Assembly: GCF_001194135.2 (NCBI RefSeq)
Contig: NC_068983.1
Location: forward strand, 161,938,240 to 161,978,032
DNA: 39,793 bases
Source: Octopus bimaculoides
Taxonomy: Eukaryota
Reading direction: 5' to 3'
The translations under genes were made by a program, and so were the position numbers. The number at the start of each line of letters is the position of its first letter. Position 1 is the stretch's first letter. Of the stretch, positions 1 to 11,800 are shown in pieces. The notes under the pieces were generated by a model. That model worked only from the letters and a program-made list of their open reading frames with translations, did no database searches and had not been told where the DNA came from.

Positions 1-252
1 GGCACATAAAAGACACCATTTCGAGCGTGGCCGTTGCCAGTATCGCCTGACTGGCCTTCGTGCAGGTGACACGTAAAAGCACCTATTACACTCTCTGAGT
101 GGTTGGCGTTAGGAAGGGCATCCAGCTGTAGAAACTCTGCCAAATTTAGATTGGAGCCTGGTGTTGCCATCCGGTTTCACCAGTCCTCAGTCAAGTCGTC
201 CAACCCATGCTAGCATGGAAAGCAGACGTTAAACGATGATGATGATTATGAT
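1..252 (+). mobile_element. SINE-like family B copy (RTE-type (GAT)n tail)
   Basis: Body ...GTGGTTGGCGTTAGGAAGGGCATCCAGCTGTAGAAAC...CCCATGCTAGCATGGAAAG..ACGTTAAAC followed by (GAT)n. It recurs many times in the window, and the RTE fragment at 12589-13030 has the same tail. Confidence 0.8.
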
Positions 253-259
253 GATCTCT

Positions 260-478
260 AAAATAAGAAAAATTCTTTGATTTTAAATTATTGACTTCAT
301 TCTGATAGTTTTTGTTAAAGTATGGTTGCTCCCTGACAGGTTTATGGTTGAACCTGTGGCAGTGGAAGCCTCTGGTGTTCTTGGTCCCTGGACCTTATCC
401 CTGTTCATCACTATCGGGGCAGAGATAGTTAGCCACAGGTGTATGCCCTATGAGTCAGAGTGACTGTCCCAACAAATC
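260..478. repeat. Unclassified dispersed repeat, copy 1 (paralogous to 1458-1698)
   Basis: Direct alignment by eye: CTCCCTGACAGGTTTATG...GCCTCTGGTGTTCTTGGTCCCTGGAC...GGGCAGAGATAGTTAGCCACAGGTGTA...GTGACTGTCCCAACAAATC is present in both copies. Confidence 0.8.
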
Positions 479-577
479 TCCCTCATGATCTTCTGGGGCA
501 ACGCCTTTTCCATTTTGTTTTATGGGGCCATGAACTAGTCTGACAATCCTCTTTATTTTCAACTTAGGGAATGCATT

Positions 578-612
<35 letters not shown>

Positions 613-774
613 TTGTTGAATCTTGTCTGTCTATTGCCTAGCAACAAAAGTTGATAAATTAATTGGTTTCTTAATAAAATTAATTGTCTACGTCTATCTT
701 GGTGTTGTTTTACTCTATTCCATATACTTTTACCATGAAAGAAGTAGAACGTCATCATTGTCATTTAATGTCTG

Positions 775-915
775 CTTTCCATGCTGGCATGGGTTGGATG
801 GTTTGACTGAAAACTGGTAAGGGGTGGGGGCTGTACCAGGTTTTGATCTGATTCGGCAAAGTAACTCTGAGAGTGTAGTGGGTGCTTTTTACCTGCCGTT
901 GACCTGGCACCGGTG
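775..915 (-). mobile_element. SINE family B, degenerate reverse copy
   Basis: CTTTCCATGCTGGCATGGGTTGGA...GAGAGTGTAGTGGGTGCTTTTAC is the reverse complement of the family B body. Confidence 0.65.
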
Positions 916-1457
916 ATCCTATAAAATGAATTCTTTGAATCTTTTAGAAAATATTACATTTTCACTTTTGTCTGGTTGTTAAAATATTAATCTTTTCCCA
1001 TCAATTTGTTGACCCTAACCCTCCACTATTGAACGTATGACCCTTGTAAGAAACTAGGAATCTGATTTCGGTACAAAAATTCACAGGACTTTTTTTTTTT
1101 TTCAGTTGGAATAGTTTTTGGTGAGTGGGATGGGTGGGATTTTAAGTAGTACTTCACTACATTGAGGGCATTATAGGGTAGACTTCTTTCCAGGAGATGA
1201 ACTATTCTACATTAATCTCCATCAATATAATAAGATAGAATAAATGAAAAAATGCATTGGAAATAAACAATGACAGATAAAAAATGTAAATGTATACTGA
1301 GGGTACAACTGGACGGGAGACAGACACAGAAGACCCCTAATTCTTCATCAGTTACCAACGAAATGGTAATACTCATTTACCATGTCATCATTCCATTTAT
1401 GTAGAAGTTTTTTTTGTTGTTATTGACTTTGGACTGTTCAAAAAATTTCATATTGAT

Positions 1458-1698
1458 CTCTAAAATTTTCTATTAGTGCTTGAAGAAAAATTCTTTGATT
1501 TTAAATGGACTTCATTCAATTCTCTGATAGGTTTTGTTAAGGTATGGTCGCTCCCTGACAGGTTTATGATTGAGCCTGTAGCAGTGGAGGCCTCTGGTGT
1601 TCTTGGTCCCTGGACTGTATCCCTGTTCACTGCTATCAGGGCAGAGATAGTTAGCCACAGGTGTATTCTCTGTAAGTCAGTGACTGTCCCAACAAATC
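1458..1698. repeat. Unclassified dispersed repeat, copy 2
   Basis: Diverged copy of 260-478, lying between 25-bp direct repeats at 1351-1375 and 1700-1724. Confidence 0.8.
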
Positions 1699-2035
1699 GG
1701 TTACCAACCAAATGGTAATACTCAGTTCCACAGGGATTAAATAGTTCAATCTAGTTTTGCTTAGGTGTTTAAAGGGTGAGGGTTGCTTTAAAAATCCTTT
1801 AGCATTTGGCTTTCTCTGTCAAATTTAATGCTTATTTATTTACATAGTTTTGAATTAATCATGCATCATCTTGTAGCTTTGTGATTTCAGTGTGAATATT
1901 TATTTTAGAACAATGCGGTTGGGTAAGTGTGAGAGACCAGATCTGGCCATTTTCAACATACAACAGGTAGAATAATTGGGATGAATATGGATTGTTTAAA
2001 TGCTAAATGGTTAAACTAATTTTATAGAATTATAA

Positions 2036-2490
2036 TATGGGAAAAGGTTCTCCTCAAAGATGAGAGGAAAGGTTTATATTGGAGTTGCATGAGATCTACA
2101 GTGTTGTATGGGAGTGAGACATGGTGTCTGAGGGGAAGCGAAATGGCAATTTTAAGAAGGACCAAGAGAATAATGGTGAGAGCAATATGTAGTGTGAAAC
2201 TATCAGACGAGGAATCGGTGGAGCAGCTGGCAAGGGAATGGACATGTGTTAAGGATCAGGTTCTAAAGAGAGTTCTAAGTTTAAAGTGAATGAACCGCGA
2301 AAGCGAGGTCAATCAAAGAAAACATGGAGGGGACAGGTGGAGGAGGAGATTGACAGGGTTGGCCTGAGGAGGAAGGACTGCCAAAAACGGGCAAGATAGT
2401 GTGAGAGCAGTTGCTGTAAAAGTGAGGTAAATCTGGCCACCACCTCCAGTTAATGGAGACAAACCCGGATTTAAAATATTGGAATTCATT
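2036..2490 (+). mobile_element. RTE-clade LINE 3' fragment (pseudogenic)
   Basis: RSTVLYGSETWCLRGSEMAILRRTKRIMVRAICSVKL is the typical post-RT region of RTE elements; homologous to 12589-13030. Confidence 0.8.
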
Positions 2491-2822
2491 CATAGAAGTA
2501 TCTTTTATGTTTTAAAATTCATAAAATGTTATGTTTGACTTGGGTTGAACGGTTGATTAGATAGGAACTAGTGAATCAGAGATATTTGACTCCAGTATTT
2601 CAATTTTGGCATGGTTTACATGACTGGTTGCTCTTCCTAATGCCATGATATGTCTGAAATAATTCCTTTGTAATGTGAGTTTTTAAAGATTCTTGTTAAA
2701 TTTCAAGAACAGCAGGCAGTTTCAGAGTGGCAGTAATACTATTTTGAAATTTTATTGTAAACATTTTCTTGAAAATCTGTTTTTAAAATTCAAACTTTTA
2801 ATATTTCAGATCCAAATTCAAA

Positions 2823-2888
2823 ATGGCGGTTGGATGTTCAGAAAACTGTATGAAATATATTCTTTTTTTCTTTAATTTGATCATCTTT
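2823..2888 (+). CDS. Tetraspanin 1 coding exon 1 (MAVGCSENCMKYILFFFNLIIF)
   Basis: ATG at 2823 in AAAATGG context, donor GTAAGT at 2889. An upstream acceptor tttcag ends at 2809, implying a non-coding exon further 5'. Confidence 0.92.
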
Positions 2889-5800
2889 GTAAGTAGAATT
2901 TTACATATTTAAAAATTGTCATTAAATTGTTTTACTTGACGATCAATTTGCAATTCTGCAATGATTTTCTTTTTTCAGATCTTGGGCATTGCTGGTGTTG
3001 CCCTTGGAAGTATCTTGCTGGCTAAAAAGGACCTTATAATGAAGGGGCTTGACGGAATTCAGATGGAGGATGTTCTTGATGGCTTTAGTAACGATACGAT
3101 TAAGGCTGGTGCCATTGTTCTGATAATAGCATCTGTTGTTGTTGTACTTATTGCATTCTTCGGTTGCTTTGGAGCATGGAAAGAGAGCAGCTGCTTGCTT
3201 GGAACAGTGAGTATATTACCTGCTTTCTAAATAAACAGGAAGATGAGTTTTTATTATTTTTCCTTATAAAATAGGTTTGGGGTTTGAATGTTAAAGAAAT
3301 TCTAGGCAGAAAAATACGACAAATTTGTCTTTTGATTGGAATTTATTTATCATATTTTGGTAATTGTAGCAACCAATGTGTTGTAAAATCTGAGTAAAAT
3401 ACTTTTCGTTTCTTTGTATATGGCACCTGTAAGGTGTTTATAGATGCCTCAGCATTCCATAGATATTTATCCGTAACTTAATTTCTCAGGTAGAATTAGT
3501 GTGATAATTTGTGTGTGTACGTGAAAAAACGTCTTTCAATTACAGCTCTTTCAGCTTTCATCTGCTCAGTTTCACTTGTGAGGTTTGGGTCAATCCAAAG
3601 CTATAGAAAATAACATTTGCTCAAAACGCCAAGCAGTGGAAATGAACCTAGGATTTTAGGGTTGTGAAGTAAATTTAACCAGTTGGTCGTATCTTATAGG
3701 TGTATCCTTGAGGTTTTGGCTTCAGTTCTGCTGCACAACACCTTGGGCAAGTGTCTTCTATGTAGTAGTCCAGGCCAACCAAAGCCTTCTGAGTGGATTT
3801 CATAGATAGAAACTGAAAGAAGCCTATCATTTGTGTGTGACCACCACCATCATATAAACAATGTTCATTTCCTTGTCTTCTGTGAGAAACATGTCTGCGT
3901 ATTGGAGAAAAATTACCTTGCTTGGAAACAGATAAAAGTTAACAGGAAGGGCATCTGGCTGTAAGAAATGTGCCCCAATTAATTCTGTCTGACCTATACA
4001 AGCATGGAAAAGTGGATTTCAAGACGAGGGTATATAAATTACATGGTCCCACTGAGGAGAGTGACATCTATGGAAGTACTCAATACATTAGAATTATGAA
4101 GCTGAATGAAATTTCTTCAAGAATCCACATCTGCTCATCAACATCAATTTTTAGATTCTTCAAGAATCTTGGCAGATTCTTGAAGATGTTTGTATTGTGT
4201 GTATTTCCCTACTTTATTTTTCAAGTTTGGAGAATGAACTAATTTGTAATCTAGAAACTAGGCTCTTTCATTGGAATTTACACATCAACAGGGTTAAGTA
4301 TGGATGTGTGAGCAGATTCTGAGGCAGTGGTGTAGGCATGGATTTCATTGCATGTGTACATAAGTGCATAGCTCAAAGGAGAGCAAGGAGAGTGACTGCT
4401 CTCCTTTGCTACTTTTTTCAAAATTGGCAATTTTTAAAAACTCTTTTGCTACCTATATCATTAGTTTTAAGTTTCATACATAATGGACATTGTTACTGGA
4501 ACATGAAATTAATGAATGTAAATACAATTAAGTATATTATAGCTAATGAAATATTTCACATAATAAAAAATTATTTGGTATGTGTCATGGTGGCTTTTTT
4601 TTCTTTTTATGTGCTCATTCCTTCTAACTTTAGAATCTGGGTAGGCCTATGTCTTGCAAACAACTCGCACATGCAAGTGCTACCAGTCAAGAACTCCACA
4701 TACCGGAAGCCAGCAAGTGTATGGGGTCATCAGGAGAGAATGCGTGCTGTTCTGGGGCCTACCTCTTGACGGCATCAATGCGCACCGGCCCCCCTCACTG
4801 ATATGAGGCCCTGCTTATTACATTCTAAACTTCATGAATATTTTGACAGTACCTTTGATGGTTTCTAAGTGAAATGATTGGGCTTGTTCTTTTTTCTGGT
4901 GTCGTGAAACCCAGATTCTCAAGATAGGAGCACTTCGATATGACTAAACTGCTTCAGTTAGTCACACAGCTTATGGCTGGATGCCCTTCCTAATGCTAAC
5001 CACTTTCCAGAGTGTACTGGTTGCTTTTATGCAGCACTGGCATGGGTGCGCCTTTTACGTGACACTGGCACAGGTACCATTTTATGTGGCACTGGCACCC
5101 TTTATGAGGAATCAGCACAAATGCCTTTTACATAGCACCAGTATGGATGCCTTTCATGTGGCACTAGTACAGGTATTTTTACACAGCACTAGCACTGTAA
5201 GATTAGGAATCTTCAGCCTAACAGAGATGTAGGGGACATGTCTGGATGCAAGGATGACCACATATTTACTTTGCTTGATGTATGTAGCAACATGTATTTG
5301 TGTGTGTTCCATGTTTTAATTGTTGACTTATCCATGTTTGTATGGCTTTAACCAAGGGTTTGTTTCTCTTTGGTTCCTGGATATCCGTAGTCGTTTTTTT
5401 AAAAAACAAAAACCTATAATATTTTTATAATTGAATATTATTAGGAACTGAATTAAAAAAATTAAGATATTCTGTAGAAGTGTAGCCAACTTAATGCAGA
5501 TAATTTTTATCAATAAAATCTTACATGGATCATCACTGGGTTAAACAAGGAAATATTGAATCAGGGTTTTCTCCTGCTGGATGCTGTTCTGAGAACCAAC
5601 CTTGTTCCAATACAAGGTAATATTATCCCCCCACCCCACTCCTTTAAACAACATGCACCTTAATGGATTGATATGTTTGCAAGGAAGGCTGCAAGCAAAC
5701 AACACCATTTGTATGAATGATGGCAGGTTGAGATGTTTGCACAGATGTCAAGATGAAGTGGGGGACATGCACATATGCAGACGCTGGTTCATACACAAAC

Positions 5801-8800
5801 ACGCATAAATGTGTTATGTACTCCTTTTGTATAGATCTAAGTATCTCATCTAGGCTGATGAACCCTGTTAAGCAGAAACCTGTGTCCACAACTGTCCTCT
5901 TCAGGCTCTCAAATTGTATTTTCTTTAATCTCAATTTTGAAGAATTCTTACTTTCTGAAATTATCTCCACTTCTCATGAAGTGTTGATACTAAATGACCG
6001 TTCTGCCTTCTCTGCAGGTGGAGATGATTCCAATAAATCAAGAATTTCTCTTGAATTTGATATAAATACTCTCGAAATATATCTTTATTTGTGCCAGATT
6101 TGAAATCATTAGGTGATGAGGTAGCAGACTCCATTCAGGGTCAATAAAATAAGTACCAGTTGAATACTGGGGGGGGGGGGCGATGTAATTGACTCATCCC
6201 CATTTCCCCCAAGCTGCCCTTATGACAAAAAAAAAATTGAAATAATAATAATGATTATTATTACTCAACATTCTGAGTTCAAATTCTGCTGAGGTTGACT
6301 TTGCCATTCATCCTTTTGAGGTTGATAAATTAAGTACCAGTTAAACACTGGGGGTCAATATAATCAACTATTCCCCTCCCCCAAATTTCAGGTTTTGTGC
6401 CTATAGTAGAAAGGATTATTCAACATAGTCTTTGTTACAACTTTTCTTTCCATTTTTCTCATTGCAATCAGTACTATTTGAACCTATATCTTTTATTTTC
6501 CAGTACAGTACAATAATGGCCGTTATCCTTACTCTACAAGTTGCTGTCTTCATAATGATCATTGTTGCTCGACCAAAGGTAATTGGAATATTTTAAGAAA
6601 AACCTGAATATTTTTGATATAAAATGAATCCAGTTTTAGTTTATTACATGTCATGTTTTATGTTCAGTTTTTTTTTTTTCAGCGTGATTGTTGCCAGGGC
6701 CGCTGACTGGCTCCTGTGCCAGTGGCATGTAAAAAGCACCATTTGAGCATGATCATTACCAGCGTCGCCTGACTGGCTCCTGTGCCAGTGGCACATAAAA
6801 AAACATCATTCGAGCGTGGTTGTTGCCATTGCTGTTGGACTGGCTCCTGTGCAGGTGGCATGTAAAAAGTACCATTTGAGCATGTACGATGCCAGTACCG
6901 TCTGACTGGCCCTCATGCAGGTGGCACATAAAAAAGTACCATCTGACAAGCCCTCATGCAGGTGGCACATAAAAAGCACCATTTGAGCATGGTCAATGCC
7001 GGTACTGCCTGACCGGCTCTCATGCCGATGGTACGTAAAAAGCACCCACTACACTCTCGGAGTGGTTGGCGTTAGGAAGGACATCCAGCTGTAGAAACAT
7101 TACCCAATCAGATTGGAGCCTGGTGCAGTCTCCTGGTTCACCAGCTCTCAGTCAGACTGTCCAACCCATGCCTGCATGGAAAGCGGACGTTAACCGATGA
7201 TGATGATGACAAGTTCCATATTTCTGGGAATCCCTTTCTGCTGTTTATCCAGGGTCACTTTATTTTGTACATGGCACCATTTCTCCTATTTTAATGTTAT
7301 ATCATAGAAATGACAAAATCTATTCTTGGGCTGATTTCATACTAAAGTAATACCACAGATAAACATGTAACTGGTTGCTGCCTGCCTTTAAGTTCTGTGT
7401 ATTATTAAATTTTCTTTTGAAACCATTTACCCATTTTAGCACTCAGATTATTCTATTATGATTATTCTTTTACTTGTTTCAGTCATTTTGACAGTGGCCA
7501 TGCTGGAGCACCGCCTTTAGTCGAGCAAATCGACCCCAGGACTTATTCTTTTCAGCCTAGTACTTATTCTATCGTTCTCTTTTGCCAAAGCACTAAGTTA
7601 CAGGGACGTAAACACACCATCATCAGTTGTCAAGCAACGTTGAGGGGGACAAACACAGACACACAAGCACACACACATATATATATATTATACATATACG
7701 ATGGGCTTCTTTCACTTTCTGTCTACCAAATCCACTCACAAGCCTTTGGTCAGCCCGAGGCTACAGTAGAAGACACTTGCCCAAGTTCCAGGTGCAGTGG
7801 GACTGAACCTGGAACCATGTGGTTTGTAAGCAAGTGACTTACCACATAGCCACGGCAATGTAGGCTAGGTGTAAAAGGTCAGATCTGGCTGGTTTGAACA
7901 TAAACAAGTAGAATATTTGGGTTGAATGTGGTCAGTTTAAATACTAAATAGTTGGAATAAACGAAGTATTTTTTTTTGTTTTTCTTGTCTCTTTTATCAA
8001 GAATTAACATCTATTTTCCATCCTGGTATGGGTTGACCAATTTGACTGGACCTGACCAGTTGGAGAGCTGCTTTGGCTCCATTTTGTCTGTTTTGGCATG
8101 AATTCTACTGTTGGATGCTCTTCCTAACACTGACCACTTTTCAAAGTGTACTGGGTGCTTTTACAGGTGCTTTTACAAGTTGCCAGCTGCATGGGTGCTT
8201 TCATGTAGCACCAGAACTCATCAGCCCACTTGACTAGGACCTCTCACCTGAGAGGATACGGAGGATACGCCTGTGTGTGTGCATGGCTACAATTTTAATT
8301 AGCTGTTATTAAATATTGAAAATATATTGAACATATTTCTAAACTTCTTCCATTCTAGTTTGAGGAGACAATTAAGGAGTCTCTACAAAAACTGTTTGAT
8401 AAGTCAAAATCCAAAGAACAAAAGGAAATTGTTGAAAGACTCTTCAATGAGGTGAGTAGAAGTTAAACTTTGTTGTTGTACGATAGAATTGTTGCTGGTT
8501 TGATAACTTTCTAACCTAAAAAAAAAAAAATGTTTCTAAACATTGCAAATATGGAACTTGTTAATATTTACCAGTTCAGATTTATGTCAAGTAAACATAT
8601 TTTAACCTAACGCACTCCTTTGTCTCTGAGTAAATATACTTTGGCCTTGTGGAAAAATTAGTTTATTATTTACAGGTTACAGATTTCAAGGCAGTAAGTT
8701 AGTAAAATTGTTACCACTCTGGGCAAAATGTTTAGCAACATTTTGTTCATCTCTTCTGGTTCAAATTTGGCTGAGGTCGACTTTACCTTTCATCCTTTTG

Positions 8801-11800
8801 GGGGTTGATAAACTAAGTACCAGTTGAACACTAGGGTTCAATGTAATCCACTTTCTCTCTCCTTCGAAATTGCTGGCCTTGTGCCAAAATTTGAAAGCAA
8901 TATTTACTGATTTCTGTTGGTTTAATGCTAATTAGGAACCTTAATGAACATACTGTCTTAATGATGTTATGAATTTCACTCAAATTACTGAGTTAGAATG
9001 TTTATCAATATATGGGTCATTAAGGTGGTGAACTGGCAAAAAGGTTAGCATGTCTTTATGTTCTGAGCTCAAATTCCACCAAAGTTGACTTTGTCTTTCA
9101 TCCTTTTGGTGTTGATAAATTAAGTACCAGTTGTATACTGGGGTTAATCTAATCAACTGTCCTCCACTTCCCTCAAAATTTCAGGCCTTGTGGTTCATTT
9201 GTATATACAGGGTGTGGTGAATAAACTGTCATCTAAATTAGGCTAAGATGAAAATGACACTGACATCTCATTTTAACAGATATATTTACCTAAATTACAT
9301 AAAAATATCTTAAAATACCAAGGAGTAAATTTATTCAATAAAATCGCCATTGGCTTCAACCACGCCCTCCAGACAACTTCGGAATCTCCTGCAACTCTTC
9401 TGGATGGTATCCTTGTTTAAGGTGGTGAATGCTGCCATAATTCTCGCCTTTAGTTTATCTTTGGTGTTACAAGGATTTTTGTTGGTCTCTTGCTCAACTG
9501 CGCCCTACACAAAATAATCAATGGGGTTGTAGTCTGAGGACTTAGGTGGCCAGATGTTAGGGTCGATGTGGTCGCAGACATTGACAGCCATGAGTAGGTT
9601 CTCCTGCTTGTAAGGCATGGTGCAGAGTCCTGTTGCCAGACATAGGGTTTTCCAGCAGCCACCCTCTTGACCCAGAGCAGCACTGCCTCCTCCACATACT
9701 TGATGTAGGCCTCCATGTTGAGTCTGAGGCTGTGTGGGGAGATGAATGGAGGCATAACGTTGCCATCACTAGTGATCACTCCAAACACTATGATGTTGAC
9801 TGGCTGTTTGATTTTTATCACTCTCAGTGCATGTCCTCAGGTTGACACCTAATCACTCGGAAATGTTTGTATTGGAGCTTCCAGCACATATGCCAAGCAG
9901 TACAGCATGTCATTTCCAAATTTCTGGCAGAGTGAATTGTGTCATGGTGATGTTGTTGTTTTTTACAGACAGTGCCCAACTCACCCTACTATACTGTGTA
10001 GTTGACAAAATGTAAAACAAACAATGCACATGCATACAATTAAAAACCTAAAATGACAACAATTTACCCACAGCACCTTGTATATTAATACTAAAATGTC
10101 TATAAATACACCAATAGGTTAGTAGCTGTCCAGGGTTAGATGTTGATGACTGCTTTGAAAGCAATTCTGTTAGTACAATTCATCATATTCCGTTATTAAT
10201 GGCTGATGGAGTTTACAGTTCACAACTGGTTTCTCATTTACATTCATAAATGTGCTATGTGCATGATTTACTTTAAGATGGATTAATATTTAAAAAATTC
10301 AACAATAGGTCTAAATCTTTAGACCTATTAGAATAATGTAATAATTTGATTGACAAATATGTGTGTGTTGTGTGGCGAAATATAGAGATGTAGATACATG
10401 AATTTATACATACATCTAGATAGATGCAGAGATAGATCAATGAGTAGACATAGCTGAATAGAGGAAAATCTATAAAAATATAGGCATATATAATCAATGT
10501 ATGTTTGAGTCTTTGATTTTTTTTCTTTTTCCAGAACGAGTGTTGTGGTATTGAGAAGCCGAGTGACGTAGATAAATACAATTTTGTTTGCAAGAATAAG
10601 GTAAGATTGTTTTTGGAAAATTTACAGAAAATTTAAGTTTACACCATTATGAAGAAGTGAAAATAATTTTGATATTATTTTAAGAAACCCAATTTGTGAG
10701 GATGTTATTTAAAAGACAACCATCTCAGTACAAAATGATAAATTTATCAGATTTTATAGTTAAATCATCCATGTTACTGGTACTTTTTCTTCCTGGCTGT
10801 AATACTTTGAACTCTATACATAAGGATTGTTGTTGATATATTCCTGTTTCAGCTAATTTTTATAAGTTTTTTGCCTGTGTCACATAAAAAGTACTACTCC
10901 CTGTGCTTGTGCCACATAAAAAGCACTACTCACCTCGCCTGTGCTTGCGCTATATAAAAAGCACTAAGCCCACTCTGCAGAGTGGTTGGTGTTAGGAAGG
11001 GCATCCAGCTGTAAAAACCCTTACCAAAACAGACACAGAAGTCTGGTGCAGGTGTCTGCCTGGCTGGCTCTTGTGAAACTGTCCCACCCATGCTAGCATG
11101 GAAGGCAGACGTTAAACAGTATGTAGTCAGTGATGCCTACATTTAGGTTGCCAATCACTGGTTTGCTGCATTTCTGATGGCAAGTGACAGAATAAATGCA
11201 ACGTATTTCTGTTTAAATGCACAAATCTTTATATACTGGTGAAATACACACATGTGACTGATGTCTGCACCGTTTTTCTCTTCCAATTGAAACCCCCAAA
11301 TCAAATTGTTGAAGTTAACGCTGTTCAGAAAATACTTGCCCCAGGTTCTGTGCCATGGGATTGAACCTAGAAACACATTGTTGGAAAACAGTAAGCTTGT
11401 TAATCATTCAACCATTTCTGTGTCTGATATCAGAATAAAGTGAGTTGGTGAGCTGGCAGAATCGTTAAAATGCTGGGCAAATGCTAAATGGCATTTCGTT
11501 TGTCTTTATATGCTGAGTTCAAATTCTGCCGAGGTTGATTTTTGTCTTGCATTTTTTTGATATCAATAAAATAACAGTTGAGCACTTGGCTTGGTAAAAT
11601 CAATTTACCCCTTCCTTGAAATTTAACCTAACATTCATCAGAGCATTAGATTGCTCAGTGAGCTGGCAGAATTGTTAGCATGTTGGGCAAAATGCTTAGC
11701 AGCATTTTTGTCCTTCCTTTATGTTCTGAGTTCAAATTCCGCCAAGGTCGAATTTGCCTCTCATCCTTTCAGGGTCAATTAAATAAGTACCAGTTATGCA

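Noticed and set aside
4338-4769. 143-aa ORF in intron 2 (also 22407-22850, 147 aa)
   Set aside because: Low-complexity AT-rich translation with no domain or splice support; the latter is antisense to the Helitron relic.
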